Shown here: one piece after another, positions 1 through 8,070 of the stretch
Layout of the letters: the number at the start of each line of letters is the position of its first letter
Position numbering within the stretch: the stretch's first letter is position 1
From: a virus
Taxonomy: Duplodnaviria; Heunggongvirae; Uroviricota; Caudoviricetes
Strand: one strand, 5' to 3'
DNA length: 39,249 bases
Virus record (IMG/VR): IMGVR_UViG_2861079508_000003
Span: 1 to 39,249 of that record
Notes under the pieces: generated by a model
What the model was told of the DNA's origin: nothing
Databases searched by the model: none
The model's input: the letters and a program-made list of their open reading frames with translations, nothing else
Translations under genes and position numbers: made by a program

Positions 1-192
1 TCAGGAGCATTTCTGATTAACGCCACCGTTAAGAATCCATCCTTCAACAGCTTCACGAAGGTATGATTTTGGGTGGGTTCTGACTGGCTTCGGAAATCCG
101 TGCCGTTTGGTATAGTTCCAGATTGTCTGACGTGATGAAACACCGAGCTTGTTCATCACTTCTTTCTCAGGAATCAGGCTGGTATCGGTCAT
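1..192 (-). CDS. xis: Excisionase / AlpA-family DNA-binding protein (63 aa)
   Basis: Small basic protein with the AlpA/Xis-type pattern (..GVSSRQTIWNYTKRHGFPKP..); sits at the extreme left, where a lambdoid int-xis pair ends. Family assignment from recalled knowledge. Confidence 0.65.
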   Translation of the reverse strand: MTDTSLIPEKEVMNKLGVSSRQTIWNYTKRHGFPKPVRTHPKSYLREAVEGWILNGGVNQKCS

Positions 193-292
193 CTTAATTC
201 TCCAGGCAAAAAGAAACCGCCATATAGCGGCTCTATCAGATATGTACAGGCCTCATCGAGTGTGAGGCGGTGTGATTTCTTTATTTCCACTC

Positions 293-508
293 TTAATGTT
301 TGTCAGTGAATGGTTTCTCCATCTCCATTAATGCCTTATTCATCTCCTTTCGTAACTCTATAGCCATCCTGACGGCTTCAACCTGAGCAGGATGTCGGTT
401 AATTGCTGGAGAATATCGTCGGGAGCGAAGGATTGAGAAAACAAAGATAATGCAAGCAACTATCTGAATTGCATTGCATGTTATTGATACAATGTGAATT
501 GCAGCCAT
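293..508 (-). CDS. Hypothetical small protein with hydrophobic N-terminal segment (71 aa)
   Basis: ORF-track ORF on the same strand as the leftward early operon; no recognisable family. Confidence 0.3.
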   Translation of the reverse strand: MAAIHIVSITCNAIQIVACIIFVFSILRSRRYSPAINRHPAQVEAVRMAIELRKEMNKALMEMEKPFTDKH

Positions 509-531
509 CTACTGCCCCCAAAAAACCGCCA

Positions 532-699
532 TCAGGCGTCTTGGTGTTCTTTCAGTTCTTCAATTCGAATATTGGTTACGTCTGCATGCGCTATCTGCGC
601 CCATATCATCCAGTGGTTATAGCAGTCGTTGATATCCTCTGCTTCGATAACCCTGTCAAATGGCTCTCCATTCCATTCACCTGTGACTCGGAAGTGCAT
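532..699 (-). CDS. Hypothetical small protein (about 55 aa, MHFRVTGEWNGEPFDRV...), not in ORF track
   Basis: Manual translation of the minus strand gives an ATG-initiated ORF in the correct operon orientation; under the 60-aa track cutoff. Coordinates approximate. Confidence 0.25.
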   Translation of the reverse strand: MHFRVTGEWNGEPFDRVIEAEDINDCYNHWMIWAQIAHADVTNIRIEELKEHQDA

Positions 700-857
700 T
701 TATCATCTCCATAAAACAAAACCCGCCGTAGCGAGTTCAGATAAAAGAAATCCCCGCGAGTGCGAGGATTGTTATTGTCTTTTCTTCGTGCATTTGTCGC
801 ACTTTCGGCACCATCCAGATAGGCACATCCGTCCGCAATTAACACATATAGGCCACA

Positions 858-1139
858 TCATTTTTCCTCTTTTGGTTTATGAATCTGAATGGTCATGCCA
901 CTTTGAGTGGTGACTACAATGACAGAACCAGGCTGAAGGCTGTTAAGATTGAATGCTTCGTAAAACGAATCCAATGCCAGTGCTTTTTTATTCTTTCGGT
1001 TCCACCAACGCCATCCCTTGCTACAGGCTACACTGACAATCCACTGTCCACTCCTGTAAGCCATATAAAACCAGATGAGCAAAACCTGAAGGAATGCTAT
1101 CCAGTCAATAATCGTATATTTCGCGAAGGAGTCCATCAC
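858..1139 (-). CDS. Hypothetical membrane protein (93 aa)
   Basis: Hydrophobic N-terminal stretch; start overlaps the upstream gene stop by 4 nt (1136-1139), typical of a coupled phage operon. Confidence 0.45.
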   Translation of the reverse strand: MMDSFAKYTIIDWIAFLQVLLIWFYMAYRSGQWIVSVACSKGWRWWNRKNKKALALDSFYEAFNLNSLQPGSVIVVTTQSGMTIQIHKPKEEK

Positions 1140-1927
1140 TTCACCTCCTGCGGCGGTTCTGGTAGTGGCATCCAGTGGGTTACACCGCCAATTGGTTCAT
1201 CGTCGTCGTACTCCAATGCGGCTATATAGAACCCGTCACGACGAGAATAAGAAATCCCGGACATTACAATGCCATCCGAAACAACAATAATGTCACCCGT
1301 TTCTTCCGGCATTCGCTCACTACAGCTTATCCAACCATCCGGAGTTACCGGAGTTGGTCCATCGAATTCGGGCATGTCAGGACCTTTTCTGATAGCTTTA
1401 GCCAGCTCCAGCGGGTCATCGTAAAGCCAGTCGCCAGTTTGTGGGTGATTTGCTTCTGCAAGCTGCGCAGCCCATTCAAGACCATCTTTTTGACCTTGGA
1501 GATAATCAAGCGGCAACTCTTCATGATTACTTGCAGGTTCGGCACTATGAAGCATGGCAGCGCGGCAGGCGTTCCAGCCTCTTACCTCTGCAATAGCGGC
1601 AACCGCATCAACCGCGTACATGCTAAGAGGATTAGGAATTGGTTTTTCTTCCGGTACTACTGGCGCTGGAGGGGCGGCGTAAATGCCCTCTATCACTAAA
1701 TGTTTGCGCTCAAAATCATCTGGCTCTCGATGATATACGTAACTCCAGTCACCAAGGTTATCATTGCGCCTGCAACGGAAACCTATCGGCTCTGCTTCCA
1801 GCGATGCCAGCGCAATTCGTGCCAGTTCTTCCGCTTCTTCTGCTGGCAGTACAACGTTGCTACCAGGTCCGTATGTTTCGCGCCACTGCTTGATTGTCAG
1901 CAGTCGCTCTTTGGTTATAGTGGTCAT
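1136..1927 (-). CDS. DUF551-like phage protein (263 aa)
   Basis: C-terminal segment (..DGWISCSERMPEE..THWMPLPEPP) resembles the DUF551 domain common in lambdoid early-left regions; 4-nt overlaps with both neighbours. Confidence 0.6.
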   Translation of the reverse strand: MTTITKERLLTIKQWRETYGPGSNVVLPAEEAEELARIALASLEAEPIGFRCRRNDNLGDWSYVYHREPDDFERKHLVIEGIYAAPPAPVVPEEKPIPNPLSMYAVDAVAAIAEVRGWNACRAAMLHSAEPASNHEELPLDYLQGQKDGLEWAAQLAEANHPQTGDWLYDDPLELAKAIRKGPDMPEFDGPTPVTPDGWISCSERMPEETGDIIVVSDGIVMSGISYSRRDGFYIAALEYDDDEPIGGVTHWMPLPEPPQEVK

Positions 1928-2133
1928 TTGTTAATCCTCAAAACTTTATGCCCGGGCGCAAAAGCACGCGTTTTGTCTTTGCTTATTCGCCAGCCATCCT
2001 TGCGCGCCTCTTTTGCACAGCCAGCCCATGACGTACCTATATACTCACCGAAGTCTGGCGACTTATATTTGCCATCTGTACACTGGAGGCAATCACAATA
2101 GAGATGCATGGTGTAACTTGCAGCGATAGCCAT
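1924..2133 (-). CDS. Small Cys-rich (putative zinc-binding) protein, about 69 aa from internal ATG
   Basis: CDC..C and C..C pairs; the internal Met at 2133 has an AAGGAG-like RBS and abuts the stop of the upstream ORF. The track's longer version (1924..2205) would overlap that ORF. Confidence 0.4.
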   Translation of the reverse strand: MAIAASYTMHLYCDCLQCTDGKYKSPDFGEYIGTSWAGCAKEARKDGWRISKDKTRAFAPGHKVLRINK

Positions 2134-2134
2134 A

Positions 2135-2323
2135 TCACTCTCCTTTAGTGCGCAAGTGGTTTTTCCAGCGGTTTTGCGCCGCGCTGGGCTTTTTGCAAAA
2201 ACCACAATCCATCATCCCGTAATATTTCATCAACCCCATCCGTCGGTTGCTGAGTCTCACCCACTGCCAGACGCCAGGAGCGTTTCTACGAACTAACAGA
2301 ATCTTTGCTTTACGGTTTTTCAT
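2135..2323 (-). CDS. Hypothetical protein (62 aa)
   Basis: ORF-track ORF; its start overlaps the stop of a manually found upstream ORF in an ATGA arrangement. Confidence 0.3.
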   Translation of the reverse strand: MKNRKAKILLVRRNAPGVWQWVRLSNRRMGLMKYYGMMDCGFCKKPSAAQNRWKNHLRTKGE

Positions 2324-2496
2324 CGCTTTGCTCTCCTGCGTCTCTTTGCTGCTCGTCGTGCCGCTGCAATACCGGTATGGCGGCGCTTTGGTGCCGGGAT
2401 GATGTTGTCAGCCATCAGGACATGTGGCTTTGCAATTAGCGCAGAAGCCCAAAAACGAGTCGGGTACGGTAACAAGCCGATACATGCCACACGCAT
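2320..2496 (-). CDS. Hypothetical small protein with Arg/Lys-rich C-terminus (about 58 aa), not in ORF track
   Basis: Manual translation (MRVACIGLLPYPTRFW...RRAAKRRRRAKR); ATG overlaps the stop of the upstream Ea22-like gene (TAATG), and its own stop overlaps the next start. Confidence 0.3.
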   Translation of the reverse strand: MRVACIGLLPYPTRFWASALIAKPHVLMADNIIPAPKRRHTGIAAARRAAKRRRRAKR

Positions 2497-3185
2497 TACT
2501 CACCTCCTTTGATGCGAATGCCAGCGGCACGGGAATCATTCCATCGCTTTACTTCTTCACGAATTACGTCAATGCATTCTTTCGAATCCATTAGGTAATC
2601 TTCATCAAAAAGCCTTTCCTGTTCGTTTTCTATCGCAACAATGATTGCTTCAACTAACTTTTGTGCCTGAGAACCACTTTCTAACTCTGCAATGCGCTTC
2701 TCTGCGGCTTCCAGCTTCTCGCGCATATCGTCAACGTACTCGACCAGAGAACCGCCAGCAGGAATTTCGCACTCCTCGACCAGTTGGAAGTAGATATCAG
2801 CTGCGGCCCGTGTGTTGCTATACCTAGCGTCGCCCATCTCACCTTCACGAAGAGCATCGCGTTCGGCGGTAAGATTGGCTATTTTGCTGTCTTTGCCTTC
2901 CAGCTCAACGCGCAGCTTCCAAACCGTAAGCGCAATCTCCTCGTTCTCCTGATCGCGGCTTTTGATGTATTGCAGGTTTCTTTCCCGTTCATCCAGCAGT
3001 GCCAGCACGGTTTCTGGTCCGGTCAGAAATTTGAAGGCGTTGAGCGCATCAATATCCACACCGTAATCTTTAAGTTCCTGTTCACTTAACAAGTCATCAT
3101 CAGCTGGCAACATTAACAGGCGTTCCATTGCTGGAATTGCACGTTCCGCCGCCTCACGCAGCGCCTGATAGTCAATCTTGCTCAC
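2496..3185 (-). CDS. Ead/Ea22-like coiled-coil protein (229 aa)
   Basis: Acidic, coiled-coil-rich protein in the int-proximal accessory region; resembles recalled Ea22 family proteins. 4-nt overlap with upstream gene. Confidence 0.5.
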   Translation of the reverse strand: MSKIDYQALREAAERAIPAMERLLMLPADDDLLSEQELKDYGVDIDALNAFKFLTGPETVLALLDERERNLQYIKSRDQENEEIALTVWKLRVELEGKDSKIANLTAERDALREGEMGDARYSNTRAAADIYFQLVEECEIPAGGSLVEYVDDMREKLEAAEKRIAELESGSQAQKLVEAIIVAIENEQERLFDEDYLMDSKECIDVIREEVKRWNDSRAAGIRIKGGE

Positions 3186-3733
3186 TGGTTGCCTCCTTTG
3201 CGAAGCTGGTCGGCGAACAAACGTACACCAGACGCTTCACTGCGTAGAAACTTAACGGCATAATCAAAACCACCTCGTTCTGCGTCGTCTGCTCCGTTGT
3301 CGAGGTTATCTGCGTACATCTCTACCCCCTGCGCCCGTACTTCAGCCAGGAAAGCATCGGTGGCTGGGGTTTCGATATCGTTAATTTCAGGAAGAATCTC
3401 TTCCCATGTGGCGATATCGCCATTCAAATGCCATCCGGCAATTCCACTGGAGTTATCCGCAACACTGCGAACGGCTTCAATAGTTTCGAGCATTACCGCA
3501 TTCTCCGCCGCAAGCGCCGAAAACTTCTCGTGTGCCAACTTAACAGCCGCATCAGCCTGCTTAATTGACTCAATCGCTTTCTGGTGGTCTTCGGACAGAG
3601 CCGAAATCTTGGCCTCCGCTTCAGCAAATTTACGCACCAGATATTCAGCGTTTGTTTCGTTAACCTTTAAATCTCGTGGGATGCATTTACCTTTCAGAAA
3701 ACCATCTATCTCAATTAGTGACATTTGTTTCAT
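3182..3733 (-). CDS. Ead/Ea22-like protein (183 aa)
   Basis: Similar composition and position to the neighbouring Ea22-like gene; coupled start/stop overlaps. Confidence 0.5.
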   Translation of the reverse strand: MKQMSLIEIDGFLKGKCIPRDLKVNETNAEYLVRKFAEAEAKISALSEDHQKAIESIKQADAAVKLAHEKFSALAAENAVMLETIEAVRSVADNSSGIAGWHLNGDIATWEEILPEINDIETPATDAFLAEVRAQGVEMYADNLDNGADDAERGGFDYAVKFLRSEASGVRLFADQLRKGGNQ

Positions 3734-3894
3734 TTCTTCCCACTCCGCAACATCGCATTCAGATATTTGTTTTGATTCACTGATGGAAAAGAATTTCTCT
3801 TAAGCAATTCCTCTCTCGATGGCATTGGCTTTACGCGTTGGCGAATAATCATTTCTGCCGGAAGAATGCCGGGATTGTATGCAAGTCCTCTCAT
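3730..3894 (-). CDS. Hypothetical small protein (about 54 aa), not in ORF track
   Basis: ATG overlaps the stop of the 96-aa gene and its stop overlaps the start of the next gene (ATGA at both ends). Confidence 0.3.
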   Translation of the reverse strand: MRGLAYNPGILPAEMIIRQRVKPMPSREELLKRNSFPSVNQNKYLNAMLRSGKK

Positions 3895-4181
3895 GATTTA
3901 CTCTCCACGAACTGGTCAACGGCCATGCTAAGTGACACACCTAAAGTCTCGATATGCTGCTGAATATCCTGTAGCGTCTGCGCCTGAGATAACAGGATTT
4001 CACGGTTGCATAATTCTTTAACCAGATGCTCAAACTTGCTGTAATAACCGATACGGCTTAGTGTTTCTTTCCCTGCATTCTCGCCTTCTTTGATAATTCC
4101 TCTTTCGCTAAGAATCAGATCGTGTTTGGTTCCGGTAATAACGTATTTGCCTAGGTCGATGTTTAGCTTCATTGTTTTCAT
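3891..4181 (-). CDS. Hypothetical protein (96 aa)
   Basis: ORF-track ORF in operon orientation immediately downstream of abc2; no family recognised. Confidence 0.45.
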   Translation of the reverse strand: MKTMKLNIDLGKYVITGTKHDLILSERGIIKEGENAGKETLSRIGYYSKFEHLVKELCNREILLSQAQTLQDIQQHIETLGVSLSMAVDQFVESKS

Positions 4182-4191
4182 TGTTAATTAC

Positions 4192-4485
4192 TCAGTCATT
4201 ACTGATAGCGCCATAGCGTGAGCGGTAATTACGCAGGCGCGGGTCAATTTCAGGGAAGTGGGTATATGTGGCTTTGCGGAATGGTCGGATTGATGTCTGG
4301 TAAATTCGCTCTCGTTCTTCTTTCTCTGCAAGCCATATACAGTGGCGAAATTCCTTTTCCTCTTTCGTTTCCTGCGGTAGCGACATTATCCGATCGTAGT
4401 TTCTTCTGAATTTATCCAGCACCTCCGATACGGAATTGCCGGAACAGCGGCGCGGGTCATCCGCACCATACAGAGGCGCTGGCAT
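4192..4485 (-). CDS. abc2: Anti-RecBCD protein Abc2 (97 aa)
   Basis: Near-identical over its length to the P22 Abc2 sequence as I recall it (MPAPLYGADDPRRCSGNSVSEVLDKFRRNYD...); expected position next to erf. Confidence 0.8.
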   Translation of the reverse strand: MPAPLYGADDPRRCSGNSVSEVLDKFRRNYDRIMSLPQETKEEKEFRHCIWLAEKEERERIYQTSIRPFRKATYTHFPEIDPRLRNYRSRYGAISND

Positions 4486-4508
4486 AATGGAATCCTTATT
4501 TTGCTAAT

Positions 4509-4892
4509 CTAGAATGGAATTGAATCGTCGTATTCAGGATGATTTTGATGATTGCTACTTTGCTGCTGTTGGCTGTTTCCTGAAGCTGCAAATCCAATCT
4601 TCGCATTCAGTAATTCAAGAGTGATTGATTGACCATTTTGCCCCTGATAAACATCAACCCTGATGTTTTCTCCGGTAATTTCTACAATGCCACCTTCAAC
4701 AAGAACACTACGGTAGTAATCCGCTTGCGCTCCCGGCTTGGCAAATACAACGGCGCTGTAGTTTGTCCATTCTTTCTTTTTTGTCTGGCGATCGTAATAC
4801 TGAACGCCAGCACGGATGTTGAATCCGATATTTTCCCCGGCCTGAAACTCTCTTGCGGGTTTGTTTAGTCTTACAGTAATCGAATGTGCCAT
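4509..4892 (-). CDS. ssb: Phage single-stranded DNA-binding protein (127 aa from internal ATG)
   Basis: C-terminal acidic tip ..PEYDDSIPF matches the SSB DDDIPF tail, preceded by a Gly/Gln-rich linker; ATG overlaps the erf stop (TAATG). Confidence 0.7.
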   Translation of the reverse strand: MAHSITVRLNKPAREFQAGENIGFNIRAGVQYYDRQTKKKEWTNYSAVVFAKPGAQADYYRSVLVEGGIVEITGENIRVDVYQGQNGQSITLELLNAKIGFAASGNSQQQQSSNHQNHPEYDDSIPF

Positions 4893-5497
4893 TAAGCAGC
4901 CGCTCCTTCTAATTCGTCTCGTCTGATGTTGTAAACGTCCTGCGCTTTGTGCTGCTCCGGTGTGCCTTCGAGCATCTTCCACGCTTTGGCGAACGCCTGT
5001 TTAAGCTCTTCTACGGTGTTTTTCTGCAATGCTGCGTCAGTGAATGCTTTTAGAACCTGTTCAGGTGTAGGTGATGGTTTTGATTGCTTTGCTGCTGCGT
5101 TCTGCTGATGTTTATGCTCGTCGGTATCTGCATCTTTCGCATCATCAATGCCGAACAAACCATTGAGGCAATACTTGCGTGCATAAGAGCTTGTAGCTCC
5201 AGTAACTTGTGCAGAATCCATTCCTTTCTTGCTTTCTTCCTCTCGTGCAAGAGCGGTTGCCGTATGACTGTTTTCGCCATCGGTAATAGTTGCCGTGGCT
5301 TTCACATAATACCGATCACCAATCAACACAACTTCATCGCTGATTGATAAAAACAGGCCATTCAGTAACGGCTTAACGCCTTCAAGAATGTCTTCGCAGC
5401 TTCTGTATTTATATTTACCGAATGAGTTGTACTGATTTTTTGGCGCATTCAGATTCTCCTGAATGGCTGCCAGTCTTGCGTAAAATTCTTTGCTCAT
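4892..5497 (-). CDS. erf: Essential recombination function protein Erf (single-strand annealing protein)
   Basis: From ATG at 5497 the N-terminus MSKEFYARLAAIQENLNAPKNQYNSFGKYKYRSCEDILEGVKPLL.. closely matches recalled P22 Erf; the track's longer form starts at an upstream alternative codon. Confidence 0.85.
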   Translation of the reverse strand: MSKEFYARLAAIQENLNAPKNQYNSFGKYKYRSCEDILEGVKPLLNGLFLSISDEVVLIGDRYYVKATATITDGENSHTATALAREEESKKGMDSAQVTGATSSYARKYCLNGLFGIDDAKDADTDEHKHQQNAAAKQSKPSPTPEQVLKAFTDAALQKNTVEELKQAFAKAWKMLEGTPEQHKAQDVYNIRRDELEGAAA

Positions 5498-5598
5498 ATG
5501 TTTGTTCTCAGAATGGACATTCCCCAAGGAAATAACGCTGATTTAATACTTCGACTCGGGACAAATTAAGGCATACCAGCATTCCTTCGCGGTCGCCA

Positions 5599-5757
5599 TT
5601 ATGGCGATACCAGAGAGCTTTCTGCGTGTACATGCGTCTCTGTAACTTGCTCTCCTTCACTGTGGTTGCAAGTGACATGAATATCTCCTTCGTTACCGAT
5701 TAATTCTTTCATCTGACGAATGAATTCTTCGTCTGACCAGTTATCTGTAAAACTCAT
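5599..5757 (-). CDS. Hypothetical small protein at the kil position (about 52 aa)
   Basis: Internal ATG overlaps the cIII stop (ATGA); in lambdoid phages the gene after cIII is kil. Function inferred from position only. Confidence 0.35.
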   Translation of the reverse strand: MSFTDNWSDEEFIRQMKELIGNEGDIHVTCNHSEGEQVTETHVHAESSLVSP

Positions 5758-5924
5758 GGACGGCCTTGTTGTTTCAAAATATCCCAAAGCTTTTCGAGCA
5801 AACTTTTCATTCTTGGTTGTTTAAAGTCTGCTCCGGTTAAAATATTTTTTCGTGAATGCTGCACCGATAAAATCGGGTTGAAAGGGCGAACCGATGCCGC
5901 CCCTGCAATAGCGAACTGTTGCAT
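5754..5924 (-). CDS. cIII: CIII-like protein (FtsH inhibitor; 56 aa from internal ATG)
   Basis: MQQFAIAG...SLLEKLWDILKQQG parallels lambda CIII (MQYAIAG...SLLERI..LIDILNQPG); AGGAG RBS upstream; correct place in the PL operon. Confidence 0.65.
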   Translation of the reverse strand: MQQFAIAGAASVRPFNPILSVQHSRKNILTGADFKQPRMKSLLEKLWDILKQQGRP

Positions 5925-5988
5925 AGGATGCTCCTTCTGTTTGATTGCATAACGAAAACGCCTCAAGTGAAGCGTTATTGGTATGCAT

Positions 5989-6014
5989 ATAAAAAAGCCC
6001 TCGCACTGGAGGGC
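5989..6014 (-). terminator. Putative rho-independent terminator in the PL operon (tL-like)
   Basis: Hairpin GCCCTC-GCACTG-GAGGGC followed on the minus strand by a T-run; lies upstream of cIII, presumably read through under N antitermination. Confidence 0.5.
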
Positions 6015-6150
6015 AAAGAAGATTTCCAATAATCAGAACAAGTCGACTCCTGTTTAGTTACGAGCGACATTGCTCCGTGTATTCACTCGCTGGAATGAAT
6101 ACACAGTGCAGTGTTTATTCTGTTATTTATGCCAAAAATAAAGGCCACCA

Positions 6151-6402
6151 TCAGGCAGCCTTGTTGTAAATGTTGCAGGTATCAAGTAAGTAATTAGATG
6201 GAGCGCCATAAATTATGAATTCATCGTTTGTCGGGTCCATCTCCATCTCTTGGCCTATTGCCATTCTTGCGTCAGTGTCATCAGCGGCGAAGCATAAAAC
6301 AGCCCACGCACCCATTGTTTTAAAAAGAACTGCAATTGGCTGTGGTTTTACTGAATTTGCGTTAGCGCGAAAATCACAAATCGCACTTTCATGAAATTCC
6401 AT
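6151..6402 (-). CDS. Hypothetical protein (83 aa); C-terminus ..NKAA faintly reminiscent of Ral
   Basis: ORF in the N-to-cIII interval where ral/sieB-type accessory genes lie in lambdoid phages; similarity to Ral is weak and limited to the C-terminal end. Confidence 0.45.
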   Translation of the reverse strand: MEFHESAICDFRANANSVKPQPIAVLFKTMGAWAVLCFAADDTDARMAIGQEMEMDPTNDEFIIYGAPSNYLLDTCNIYNKAA

Positions 6403-6464
6403 ATATCACCTCAAATAAGTGGTTTGCTGCCAAAACAATGAACCATCCGGAAATTCCAGATAGT

Positions 6465-6692
6465 TCATAATTCACTCTTCAATACTTCCAACTTACTAAT
6501 CGCCGATAGATATCCGCGCTGATAGGGCATCATCATTCCTTCGAGCTTGCCACTTCTTAACTCCTCCCTGAGCAATTGTATTGCTTGATCAATAACCTCT
6601 GCCTTAGCGTCCTTTATGGCTTGCTTGCGGGGCTTTGCTTTCTGCTTTGGCAGATTTCTCAAGCATGATGGAATGTATGTCTGATTCATCAC
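6465..6692 (-). CDS. Hypothetical protein (75 aa)
   Basis: ORF immediately downstream of N in the same orientation. Confidence 0.45.
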   Translation of the reverse strand: MMNQTYIPSCLRNLPKQKAKPRKQAIKDAKAEVIDQAIQLLREELRSGKLEGMMMPYQRGYLSAISKLEVLKSEL

Positions 6693-7001
6693 TTACCTCG
6701 CTGTAACCTGCTTACTTGTACGATGACCAGCTGCGAAAAGCGCAACTTCTGGCAAACAAACGCTTCCGCTATTCGCATCTGTATTTGATTTGCTAATGAT
6801 GCCGAGTGATATTGCTTTTTCAGAAATGCTTAAACGCTTTCTCGGGGCTTCCTGAACAGGTTCCTCACTGTCTGTGCCGAAGATCGAATCGATGATGTTG
6901 CATATAGCATCACGCTCGATAGCCAGCTTTCTGCGCCGCTCATGACGGCGAGTTTTGGCATTTCCTGCAAATGTTGATTTTCCGTACACGATTACCGTCA
7001 T
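6693..7001 (-). CDS. N: Antitermination protein N, P22 gene 24 type (102 aa)
   Basis: From ATG at 7001: MTVIVYGKSTFAGNAKTRRHERRRKLAIERD.. carries the Arg-rich motif and closely matches recalled P22 gp24; nutL lies upstream. Confidence 0.8.
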   Translation of the reverse strand: MTVIVYGKSTFAGNAKTRRHERRRKLAIERDAICNIIDSIFGTDSEEPVQEAPRKRLSISEKAISLGIISKSNTDANSGSVCLPEVALFAAGHRTSKQVTAR

Positions 7002-7120
7002 GATATTTTCCTCATGTGAAATGGCTTTGGTGGTGATGCGCCAGGTGCTGATCTTCTGGTTGCTGTCGTTGCAGCTGCAATTCACATCACCGCCAAACCC
7101 ATCTCGTTTGGTATCTGTTT

Positions 7121-7154
7121 GCGCTTTGTCAGCGCCCCATCGAAGTTAAAGAGC
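7121..7154 (-). promoter_or_regulatory. nutL (boxA GCTCTTTAAC plus boxB hairpin GCGCT-GACAA-AGCGC)
   Basis: Read on the minus strand, a boxA-like sequence is followed 9 nt later by a 5-bp stem with a GACAA loop, between PL and N; matches P22-type nut sites from memory. Confidence 0.6.
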
Positions 7155-7200
7155 CTGCCAATCTGTTCCGTTTGGCTTCCAGCTTCCTGCTGATGGCTAA

Positions 7201-7229
7201 ATAGTACGATGTGTACTTTATTGAGTCAA
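7201..7229 (-). promoter_or_regulatory. Putative PL promoter (-35 TTGACT, 17-bp spacer, -10 TACTAT on minus strand)
   Basis: Sigma70-like hexamers upstream of nutL/N, overlapping an operator dyad. Confidence 0.5.
7203..7217. promoter_or_regulatory. Operator-like dyad in OL (AGTAC-GATGT-GTACT)
   Basis: Perfect 5-bp inverted half-sites with 5-bp spacer, overlapping the PL -10; near-identical copies occur in OR. Weaker related sites near 7228-7242 and 7262-7276. Confidence 0.5.
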
Positions 7230-7302
7230 TACAAAATGTTCTAAATGTGGTTGGTTTTTTATAACACTTTGTATTTTATTGATTTATATTTTGGAAAAAG
7301 AA

Positions 7303-7324
7303 AACCCGACGCTAAGGTCGGGTT
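7303..7324 (-). terminator. Rho-independent terminator downstream of the repressor gene
   Basis: 8-bp stem AACCCGAC/GTCGGGTT with 6-nt loop, followed on the minus strand by TCTTTTTCC; about 30 bp past the cI stop. Confidence 0.55.
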
Positions 7325-7354
7325 ATTGTTGTGTGTTTTAGAGTGGTGAGGCTG

Positions 7355-8014
7355 TTAACTAAATGTCTCTTCAGGCCACTGGCTGGCGATAACTTTCCCT
7401 ACTACGGAACAGCTATCATTGCATGGGATCATTGGATATTGCGGGTTTAGTGGTTGTAGGAACACCTGACCGCTATCCCTGATCAGTTTCTTGAAGGTAA
7501 ACTCGTCACCGCCAAGTCTGGCTATGCAGAAATCTCCTGGCTCAACAGCCTGCTCAGGGTCAACGAGAATTAACATTCCGTCAGGAAAGCTTGGCTTGGA
7601 TCCTGTTGGTGCGGTCATGGAATTACCTTCAACTTCAAGCCAAAACGCACAATCACTGGCTTTTTTGGTTGTGCTGACCCATCTCTCCGCATCACCTTTG
7701 GTAAAGGTTCTAAGCTCAGGTGAGAACATCCCGGCCTGAACATGAGAAAAAACAGGGTACTCATATTGTTTTTTAACGGGGGCAGATGAGTATTCGCCAG
7801 CAGGTGAAAATGTACCGTCGTGGTTGAATGAGACGTTATCAATACCAAGGTATTTAAACACCACACCAATCTCGTCAAGAGATGGATGACGAGATCCGCG
7901 CAACCAGTGACCAATTCCACCCTGCGTCATACCAAGCTCTTCAGCTAACTTCTCTTGAGTTATGCCGAGCTCTTTCATTCTGGATCTAGCCAGTTCATAC
8001 CATTTCATTTTCAT
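7355..8014 (-). CDS. cI: CI-type prophage repressor (HTH N-domain, LexA/S24-like autocleavage C-domain; 219 aa)
   Basis: N-terminal HTH (..[21 protein letters not shown]..) and C-terminal domain with ..[22 protein letters not shown].. as in P22 C2 / lambda CI; divergent from cro across an operator region. Confidence 0.85.
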   Translation of the reverse strand: MKMKWYELARSRMKELGITQEKLAEELGMTQGGIGHWLRGSRHPSLDEIGVVFKYLGIDNVSFNHDGTFSPAGEYSSAPVKKQYEYPVFSHVQAGMFSPELRTFTKGDAERWVSTTKKASDCAFWLEVEGNSMTAPTGSKPSFPDGMLILVDPEQAVEPGDFCIARLGGDEFTFKKLIRDSGQVFLQPLNPQYPMIPCNDSCSVVGKVIASQWPEETFS

Positions 8015-8023
8015 ATCCTTATT

Positions 8024-8038
8024 ATTACGCTATGTACT
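8024..8038. promoter_or_regulatory. Operator-like dyad in OR (ATTAC-GCTAT-GTACT)
   Basis: Matches the OL site at 12 of 15 positions; close to the repressor start, consistent with a PRM-proximal operator. Confidence 0.4.
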
Positions 8039-8070
8039 AAAACCATCCATGCACAAGATGTATTTTTTGT

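Noticed and set aside
469-1229. Plus-strand ORFs 469..714, 629..913 and 879..1229, and minus-strand ORF 606..845
   Set aside because: They overlap better-supported minus-strand genes of the leftward operon, have no RBS or family resemblance, and the plus-strand ones are antisense to the operon.
1175-3803. Plus-strand ORFs 1175..1699, 1639..1893, 1700..2101, 2645..2827, 2784..3089, 3297..3803 and minus-strand 1345..1545
   Set aside because: Embedded in or antisense to the DUF551 and Ea22-like genes; Ser/Arg-rich low-complexity translations typical of antisense frames.
4892-5527. Long form of Erf starting at 5527 (MGNVHSENKH...)
   Set aside because: The upstream start is a non-ATG codon; homology to P22 Erf begins exactly at the ATG at 5497.
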